A DNA stretch of 62,543 nucleotides, filler included, from Platydemus manokwari (taxonomy: Eukaryota), in NCBI GenBank assembly GCA_037951405.1. It is 5 parts of 5 records of this genome, joined end to end, with 100 filler letters (N's around TTAATTAATTAA, not from the genome) between each part and the next. Parts side by side here need not be neighbours in the genome. Positions count along the whole stretch, not along the records: positions 53,047 to 62,543 come from JBBMOY011240319.1; 4 more parts are not named here. One strand, given 5' to 3'. Below, piece after piece: positions 52,947-62,543 of this stretch (position 1 is its first letter; every line of letters starts with the position of its first letter). The notes below the pieces were generated by a model. It had not been told where the DNA came from. It saw nothing but the letters and a program-made list of their open reading frames with translations, and did not search any database. The translations under genes and the position numbers were made by a program.

Positions 52947-53046
52947 NNNNNNNNNNNNNNNNNNNNNNNNNNNNNNNNNNNNNNNNNNNNTTAATTAATT
53001 AANNNNNNNNNNNNNNNNNNNNNNNNNNNNNNNNNNNNNNNNNNNN
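52947..53046. other. Assembly spacer/gap
   Basis: N44-TTAATTAATTAA-N44. Confidence 0.97.
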
Positions 53047-53657
53047 ACATTATATGCAAGCAATACTCCCAGCGACATCTTTTATCAAATCGAAATTTTA
53101 AGGTTATACACCCAATATATGAAATTATTATTTATTCGAATGTCGAATGTAAATTGTAGAAATATTAACGTATTTGCGAACTTTATCTGTGGATGATTTG
53201 ATAGTCATGCTTCAAGATAACAATATGCTAAAATTGAAATTTGTCAATTTTGAATTGGAAAACATTTCCTTAAATGAATCTCAAGAATCAATCAATATTC
53301 CAAATACTGTTAATTCAACTATTGAAATTTGTAAATCCAAGGAGTTTTCGATAATGAGTCTTATTCAACAGTTTTATTCCACAACAAATACTAAAGAAAC
53401 CACTGAAACATTAAAAGATAAAGAAAATATGCAAATTCAACCAATTTTATTTTCGAAAATCAAACGATTGAAATTTGCTTTATCATTATGGTATTCACCA
53501 GAAACGTGTGATATATTAGCAGGTGATTTTTATATATTAAATGAATCTATTTTAAAAATGATTTCATTTCTCTTTTAATTTTTTTTGTAATTCGTATTTT
53601 AACATAATGACACCATAAAAAAATTATTTTATAGTGATGATCACTAAATTATTGCAG
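53047..53657 (+). CDS. Internal exons of an unidentified gene
   Basis: Phase-compatible candidate exons <=53047-53102, 53160-53522 and 53635-53657 with GT-AG ends; no recognisable domain. Confidence 0.4.
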
Positions 53658-54206
53658 GTATTTATAATGTGATTTGCTAATCATCTAATTTTAAGTTTAA
53701 CAAATATTACTTATTTGTATTGTGTGTGTTGCTAGGTAATTTTTATTTGTAATTTTTAATGAAAATAATTTGAATATGATTAATATTGCTATGTTATGAG
53801 GGCATTGTTATCAATTGTTTTAGTGGGTTGAAAATGAACAATTTCGAAATTAATTTATTATTTATATTTGCTGATATAATAGTTGATTTAAAATCAAGAA
53901 AATTATGAACTTGAATTGGATCCTTTTAGGTTTTAATAATTGAGAACTAGCTGGCATGATTTTGAATAAAATCGATGTATTATTTAATGGTCACGGGTTC
54001 GAATCTCGTAATATGATAGAAATTAGTTACAAGTTGTGCTTCTATTAATATCAAATATCTCGAGCATAATATTGTCTGTAGTTGACTGTAATGATGATTT
54101 AAACTGTAATTTGGTTAATTTTTAGTTATATTTGGTTCTAATTATTACAAAGCCCAAATAATATTTATATTCACTCATCAATAGAGCTACCAACCGTTGT
54201 GTAGTT

Positions 54207-54897
54207 CAGTGGTTTTCACACGGTTTGTATTGCGACCAACAAAACGAGTCCAAATTTTTTCGCGACCCCTAAGGACTAAAATAAAATTAATTAAGTTATT
54301 TTTTAATAAAAATATTTTTTTAACACGAAAAACTTAAAATTTATTTAATAATAACAACGATTTTGTATATTCTGACATAAAACATCAGATCTTGTCTCTA
54401 TTTCGACGATAGCTAGTCTCAGTACTAATTCCAGATCTTTAAAATTCGATCGCTATTTTGTCTTAATATAAGTCACTGTCGATAATGATTTATCACACAA
54501 ATAAGTAGAGGCAAAAGGAAGTCGATAAAGTATGGCTTGATCCGATAATAGTGCATATTCTGTCTTTACACTAGCCCACTTTCAAGCTCAAATCATTGGA
54601 GAGTTCTGAAAATTCTTCTTCAGCTTTAAGTGAGAGATGACTCACTTTTTTTTTAAAAATTAGAACATACTCTTGTTGAGACTGTTTTTTGCATTAAGAA
54701 AAATTTACCATTTTACTGCCTAATAATATCAATAAAATAAAAGAATAATTGTATTGAAAATTATTTAAAATTAGACTTCTCATATTTAAGGAATATTTTC
54801 TTAAGATTACTTTATTATAACTTTGAAATTTCTCGTCACCCCCAAAATTTTTTTATTGACACTGGTGGGTCATGCCCCCCCCCATTGAAGGACATTG
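54207..54897 (-). mobile_element. Internally deleted hAT Buster/Charlie-type transposon relic
   Basis: Ends CAGTGGTTTTCA / TGAAGGACATTG, CGCGACCC subterminal motifs, and a near-TSD with central TA (gtgtagtt/ttgtagtt). The minus strand encodes LPFASTYLCDKSLSTVTYIKTK*RS, the hAT C-terminal dimerisation motif. Confidence 0.75.
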
Positions 54898-57800
54898 ATT
54901 GTAGTTAATGAATTAATATTTCAATATAAATATCACATATAATACATCAAATAATCCACATCCATTGTAGTTTTGCTTAAATTTTCGTTTTCAAATCAAT
55001 CCCAAGATAAATAATCATTTAGAACAGAAAATACAATCTCCTCCCTTCATCTTATTCCTTATCCCATGTCAGTAATATCACGATATCTCATTGTAAAAGA
55101 ATTGACCATGTTTTTGAACAACAAATAATTCTCCATTTTTATATGAATTCTTGCTTTTGTAGATTATTTATTGCGAACATTATCAGATTCAGAATTGGAA
55201 GATATTATGATTGATAAGTCATTATTATTCGAAAGAGCAAAATCTTCATATTTATATATGAATCTGTAATATTAAATGAATTATTTATTTTTGAATGAGA
55301 AATATAAATATATTTTCACGTCTCGATTTTATTATTATTATTATCAATGTTTATAATTCATCAATGTTATCAAGAGCTAATTATTGAAATATTGATTCAA
55401 CCCGATTACATAATTCACCCAATGTGATTTTCCCATGATGACCTTACGATTGTATTGAATAATATTTTGTAATGTCTTGATTATTCAATTGTTCTGTGTG
55501 TTCGAATTGAAAATTATTTTGGATGTTTATTTCTTATAAATCATTTCGATTAAAATGATCGGTTTATTGGATAAGATTATTTGTACCAATCGAATGTCGT
55601 TTGAGAAAGCATATTTCTTGTTTCCGAAGTGGAATTATTAAATAAAAATTCAACAACAATCCGCCCTACTAATATATAGTTTTTTTAATTAAAAATTTGT
55701 TTTAATGATATAACTGTTCGAATTTATATTGATTTTTATTACTACAAATTTGTTCGAAGCCATAGTTTTAGTTAGTATTGGAAGATTTGAATTGTAAAAA
55801 TATAATATAATCATCTATTAATCCTCTATATAAGTCTTATTGGTAATTTTTTCTCTCTCCTACTTGTTAAATGCAAGAAATGTATTGTGAATATGAGAAA
55901 AGCAGAGATTAAAATTAAAATATTCTCATTTTTTAACGTGAATTTTCATTTCAATAATTTATAAAAATTAATTTTCCAGCACAATTATTTTTTCCAAATT
56001 AATTTTAGGTATATTTGGATTATACTTGTTGATCTTAAATTTTGTGAGCTAAAACTATCGATATATATTGAATGTGTAATTCTAGACTGCTATTGATTTT
56101 GTTTTCTAGTTTACTTATGTTATTTATTCATAAGAAATAATTTACAGTTCCTAACTTACTTTAAAAAATCAATAAACTTCTTTCAATATCTTCAATTAAG
56201 AATATAACACCAAATATCGGGACATTCAGTAGTGATTTTCTACGATGTTTTTGAGTCGGCGTATATTAATCAATAAGAGATAGAGCATTTAAATGTGCAA
56301 TATTATATCAAGATAAAGAATGATTATCTAAGTTATGATATCTACTTTTTTTCAAATGGTTAGTTTGACGATAAAATCTCGATGAATTAGTAGATTTAGA
56401 ATGCTAACTATCTTGGGATAAATTCCAGTGTCAATCTGCATGTCTTTTTGTGTGGGTGTCAACGGGAATTTGTTTTTTTAATGCGGCATAAATACTTATT
56501 TAGTACCATAGCAATATTTATTTAGTGCGGTATATTTTCTTGATTTTTTTCATTTTTATGTTTATCAATATTTTTCAGTTAATTAAAGGTTGTTATTGCT
56601 AATTATTGATAAATATTGATTATTTACAATTAGAATAAGAAAGATAAATAAAGTTAATATTCAGTATAAGTCAACATTTTTAAGACAACAATTACGTGTG
56701 AAATCAATTGGAATGATTTACAAAGAAATTGCCAAGAAATAAATGTATGGAGATTGTCATTGTAATACGTGCAGTCAATATGATTTGATTTTATGTGATG
56801 TCTTCTGCAATGCGTTATCAATGCATTTAATTAAACTTTGATTTGCTGGGGTTTAATAGCAATTTTGTTAAAATTTTCAAGACGTTAATTCTTAGGTTCT
56901 TCCGACAATTTGTGTGATTGATGCATCAGTATGTAGATTTATAGGTTGAAGTTGTGCATCAAGTAATTCAATTTTTATGAAAGTTGTAATAATAAATCAG
57001 GCCCAATGTTTTAAGATAAGCGGCATTAATCATTAGTAACACCCTCACAAATAATGTCGTGAATGGAAAATTCGTATTATTGCTAAAATATTCTCAACTG
57101 ATTCATTTTTATGTTTTTAAAATCGAGAAGATTTGAAGAAGGAATTTTAATGTAAACTGTCAAGGGTTTCCCATTATTATTTCTATTATTATTTTTAAAA
57201 TATTCCTTACGCATATGCTTGAGACAATCTGGCTCAGTGGTTTTAATTTATAAATATTTTAGACTTGATAATAATTCTAGAATATTGAGAAAAAATTTAA
57301 ACTTGATATTAAGAAATGAGGACCATTGACCTACTTTCTTTATGATCTAAAGCAGTAACTTATTGTTGTGGTTTGGACAAAAAACTATAATCAGAAAAAA
57401 ATGTTATGCATTGGCATTTATTCCTTGTATTTATAAAAAATCGTATAGGATTTCAGCTATTTAATATTTCCAATCTGCTAATCAAAAATTTACAGTTATT
57501 TTAATAGTAAATCGACTTAGTAAACTCTTGGGAAGTTTTAATAAATTCATTATTTATTCTTATAAAAAAATGTAAAAATTTAAAGTACTTCTCCATTTGC
57601 TTATAATATCATAAGGAATCCTCTATTTATTTGCAAATTGTCATAATTTTTCTTGTTTTTCAAATAATCATTATGTTGGGATCACCCACCCAACATATAA
57701 CAAATAACATAAAATATACACAATATGCTTATATAATATAAATCCTACATATAACATACTTGTATACAACAAACAGAAAAAACTAATATTTATTTTGTAC

Positions 57801-60800
57801 AAATAAGGTCTTCGTGGTGCAATGCTAATGTATAAAGCTAAGAACTCTCTAGTAAAAAGTATAAGGCGTGCCGCTTTGGTGGCCGGACAAGCCTTTCTTA
57901 AAAATTACAGTGGTAAATCAAAGTTGAACTTAGATGATTTTAGAGAACCACAAGGCTAGAATTAATTAAAATTTACTCATGATAATAAAGCTGAAAATGG
58001 AGGATAGTTTCTTGAAAATGATGGATTTAAACAATAATAAGACGTTTCCAATATAATTGGCTGGAACAATAATAAAACTGAGCGATCATACAATTAGGAA
58101 ACGTGCTTAGCCATTGAAAAACGTGTTGTTAAAGTTGAGTCTTTGAACACTTACGAATTTGTGCTTCAACCTACTGTTGTCGTTAGTTTATATAGTGGTT
58201 CATGTGCTTTATTTGCATGATTACGGAAATTGCTTACATTTGTTACTATTCTTAGTGATGTTTTTACTTAAGTGCTAAATTTAGTAACAACCCACAATTT
58301 TAGTAGATAATTTCACTTTATTTGGGTGATGTATTTTTAGGACTGACGCAGTTACTAAAAATAGTTAATGGCGAAATTTTTCGTGACCTTGAGGTCAGAC
58401 AAACAATTTGATAATTTTAAAGCACTCAAATAACTACAAATTTAATTATTTAACCAGCATTTAATTTCTTATTTTTAATTTTTTGGCTCATTCTTATCAT
58501 TATAATTTGTGTCTTATATTAAAAAATATATTAATATTTAAGATTATTTAATCATGTGGTTGGATCGAAATGCCTCGAATGGTTCCCCGCATTAACCACT
58601 AAAGTAATGGAATCCATAACTACCACATTCGCATAAGTACGTGATAAAATCACTATATAAGTTTTACATGCAGACCTTGATTATAGATGAACCGACCCAA
58701 TAGCTCAATATTCCAATCAGTAATCCCTATCAATCCAATAAAATAAGATTGATGTGCAAATTTGTCAATAATAACTTGGCATTGACGACCAATTCTATTG
58801 AATTTACTACCAAATCCTATTTCAATTTTATTTTTGACATTCACAATTATCGACTATTATTTGTAATTATTAATTATAATTATTTGATTATGATTTGACT
58901 TTTGTAGTTATCTATTTAATAATAGATTATATTTTATATTTTATTTATTTGTAATAGAAGGAATAATAAATAAATAAGATTAATTAAAAAGAATTCATTA
59001 TGTAAAAGTAAGAATGTCATTCTAGGAATGCATAAATGATAAATCGCGATAAGCATCATAATGCACCTACAGATTCGGCTAGTATATAACCGTTCAAGAA
59101 TTAGAGCCACACATCATTTTAAAACACCATCTTAAAAACACAATCGATTACATATTTAATTCGATGTTATAACTTGTTTTGGACCACAAATGAAATATTT
59201 TGAATAATTAAGAAGGAATTTGATCTTTCGATCGATCAATTAGTTAGTCATTAACCATGATTCAAAATACAGCTTGGGAAATTATAATTTGAAATATTTA
59301 TTCTGGTGAATCTTATTTAATAAGAAGACCTCGATTTCGGAAACTTTAATTTCACTTTCGAATAAGATCGGATTAAGCTTGTTCATTTTATTTTAATTTG
59401 AGTAAAATGTTTTCACGTAATCACAATAGCTTAAAGTTAATTAATCATAATAATATCTGATAATATAAATAATTTTTAAAATACAACAATAAATACCCTG
59501 TCAATTAAAAGGAAGATGAGAGAATTTATTCTGATCAGCCGTGTGGATTCAAAACAAAGAAACTTTGATTCATTTATTAGACTCTCGTTTAAAATATTTT
59601 TTTCATATAAATTACCATCATGTGAAAGGTCAATTAATCATGAGCACCTTCAAATTTTAGTGACTAAAGTCTAATGCAGTTTACGGATTGTTAAATTGTA
59701 TTTTATAAATTTTGTTTTTTGTAAATTTGGTAACTTTTATTAATTTTATTCAAAAGTCTTTGATTTCGTTACTCTTTCGGTAATTTTTATTTAATTTAGC
59801 TTTCAGTATTGAAGTAAAGCAAATTTCATCATTTGATAAATTTCTATAAGGTGAAAATTAACTTTAAATAAATGAGATCTCGAAATTTTTAGGAATAAGT
59901 TAATGGTATTTCATAACATTCGTTTCAAAAGTGAATCAGGTTGTGCTGATTATAAAAAATAAACATTAAATACCCACATGCAGTACACTTTATCGTCCTA
60001 TAAGAGCATCGATAGTGGTCAACATAAATTGTATAATTTTCGGTTTTCTGTATATAGGGTTAAATAAGGCTCAGTAAGTCTGTTAAATCTTGTGAAAATA
60101 ATAAACAGACTGTTTGATGTGTTTCCGAGTTGCTTGTTTAAGTTTTTATCAGTCTCTATATTTAATAATTTATTATGGATCAATGCCGTCTTGACCAGTC
60201 TCTGTGAGCTAAGATCAACCCAAAAAGGTACACTCTATGAAACCTTACTCTATATATTTATTTGCCTTCACGTCGCCATCAATACTATGTGAAGACAATA
60301 TGATAGGCAGCAATGACCCGAATTCTATTTTTTAACTATCAGTCTCAAATTTAATCGTCCTTTATCTATGTTCTATCAAATCAATAACCAATTAATACCG
60401 TAACGTTTATTGATTATACAAATTAACATCAAATATAAAAATTACAAAACTGCTTTGTTTTAACTACAATATACAACAGACGTCTGGACAAATAATAAAT
60501 ATAATGGCTTGGATGGAGAACGAATGGCATAAACTGAAAAGGCTCCTATGACGAATATGTATCCCGAATGAATATCGAAGTTTGTTTACAAATTATGCTT
60601 CCTAGTGGTTTCTGTAAATTATGGGCAAGTTGTGATGTTCCAACTCCTATTTATATGTTTTCTGTGTCGGCGCTTATAATAATCCCGATTATAAAATATT
60701 TTGATACACTTTTATAAATACTCAATATTTTATTCAGGAAGTCTCTTTTTATTCCCCGATGATGATTTATTCTATTTTAGCCATCATATTTATATATAAG

Positions 60801-62543
60801 ATATCATTTTAAATAAATATCATTCATATAATTATTACATAATATTATTTATTTTCCAAATTGCAAGCTTTTACATTAAAAATAAAACTATTGCTACGTT
60901 GCGATGAATTCAAAAATAGAAAGTGTCGCTTCATTGCAATATTTTATGCAAGAGCAACTAATTGTTTCGAATTCCAACGTTGTCATAAAATTATAATCAG
61001 TTTTAGATGTCAATGATTGTTACATTTCATCGATTGAAATTCGTTACAAAAATTAACCAACTAATCGATATTTTCCAATTAGCTTTAACACAACAAAATA
61101 ATAAAAACTATAAATTACTACATTATACACAAAATATTGTTATTGTCACGTTTAAACCGAGAATCAGATTTGTCAGAACCCCAACATGCTTATTTTTCAA
61201 GAGGGCCATAAAACCAAAGCCAAACAAATCTATCAAAATAAAATTATCGATATAAAATAACTTCTTGCTTGCCTTATAAATTCAAATTCAATCACAATCA
61301 AATGGACAATCCTAAGCTGGAATGACATTAACTAGTCAAGTTTCGACGAATTACAATTAAAACCTCATTAATTTTATAACAAATAGACTTCGGATTGATT
61401 CATTGTGGTAATGAAAAAGTAACCCACTATAAAATCGATTTTTGTTTATTTGGAGCGATATTACAATTTCGTTCAGGAGTTTTACGAGTTAATATTGAAA
61501 GGGGAATAATAATTGTTACATATATTTTAAAATTCCTATATTTACCAATAAAAACTGAGTTGCAACAATAAATGTCATAACCTATTTTTCTTACTAATTA
61601 GATTTTTAGAAGCTTTGAAACTTCAATATTTCTGTGCTTCATAATCAGTGACCATCTAGCAAATCTATTATCAAGCAATATCCTCATATAAAGTATACCT
61701 GTTCAACTACAAAATTTCAAATTGATTTGTAACTTTAATTTTTTTATTTATAAAATCTATCTTTGTCTATAGATTCTCTCACAACATTAGACACACATTT
61801 AATTGGCACCCATACATAAAGCACTACAAACTGTAATAATAACATTTGACATTATTATTTCTATTTCAATTTACATGTTGTTCTAGAAGATTATTGGGGA
61901 CCATCACACTAACCGAACTTTTAACATTGCTGTATTTATTAATTTAGTGTACTCGGGATTGATCAATCTATGTGTTGCTACTGTGTGTAGACATGAAAAT
62001 TCTTAAAGTGCTAAAATAATGGTTCCAAAATTAAAAATCGGTTTTCTTTTGCAATATTTCGTCTCTGCTTAACAATATTCACCAACGCTGAATTTTCAAA
62101 AACATAATTATAATCACAAAGTTATATTTTAAAACTCTTTTGTCAATATTTGTACCCTGAATCGCATTCACAAGACAAAGTCAATAGTCAATTCTCAATG
62201 GGATCAGTACCTGAAAGATAAAACTGTCCCAAATAACGAATATAAAATATTGGTTTTCAAATTAATCTCACAAGGGAATAAGACAAATAGAAAGTTACCG
62301 GCCATGTAAAACAGATTAAATTCCAATATCTGAATATGTTTATAGGTTTAATACTTTTGTTATCTTAATGTCTCGCAACTCTGCTGTTATTTGTCTGTTG
62401 GATATAAAAATGGCAAACAATTATAAATAATCTATTAATCACAATTATACAAATTTAACTCAAAACAATCAAATAAAATGTTCGACATAAACACCAAATA
62501 ACATCTGACACTTAAACAGCTAACTCTGCTGACTCCAATACAC

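Noticed and set aside
54900-62543. Short ORFs (58653, 60092, 61007) and scattered tRNA-box-like words
   Set aside because: AT-rich chance ORFs without splice-consistent exons or domains.

Overview
AT-rich, intron-containing animal DNA. The many 41-54 nt GT-AG introns and the composition suggest a flatworm/planarian-like genome; this is an inference. The window is five contigs joined by artificial 100-nt spacers (N44-TTAATTAATTAA-N44). Contig 1 holds the 3' part of a multi-exon coiled-coil/spectrin-repeat-like gene and a hAT MITE. Contig 2 (9985-23414) is all transposable element. It has two head-to-tail Ty3/Gypsy units sharing one LTR (PPT-LTR-PBS), a UUUAAAC/pseudoknot -1 frameshift between gag and pol, and a recombinant integrase. 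It also has a long 3' region carrying a tRNA-Gly-derived SINE-like unit and a 22-bp triplet array of that unit's core motif, plus an intact Tigger/pogo transposon inserted just before the second integrase. Contig 3 holds two tandem pyruvate kinase paralogues with identical six-exon structure, each with a different substitution in a conserved motif. Contig 4 holds a DUF21-CBS (CNNM/Mam3-type) transporter gene and two divergently oriented small secreted-peptide genes flanking an RFX X-box. Contig 5 holds an unidentified exon cluster, a Buster/Charlie hAT relic and mostly degenerate non-coding DNA. All calls were made by eye; no searches were run.
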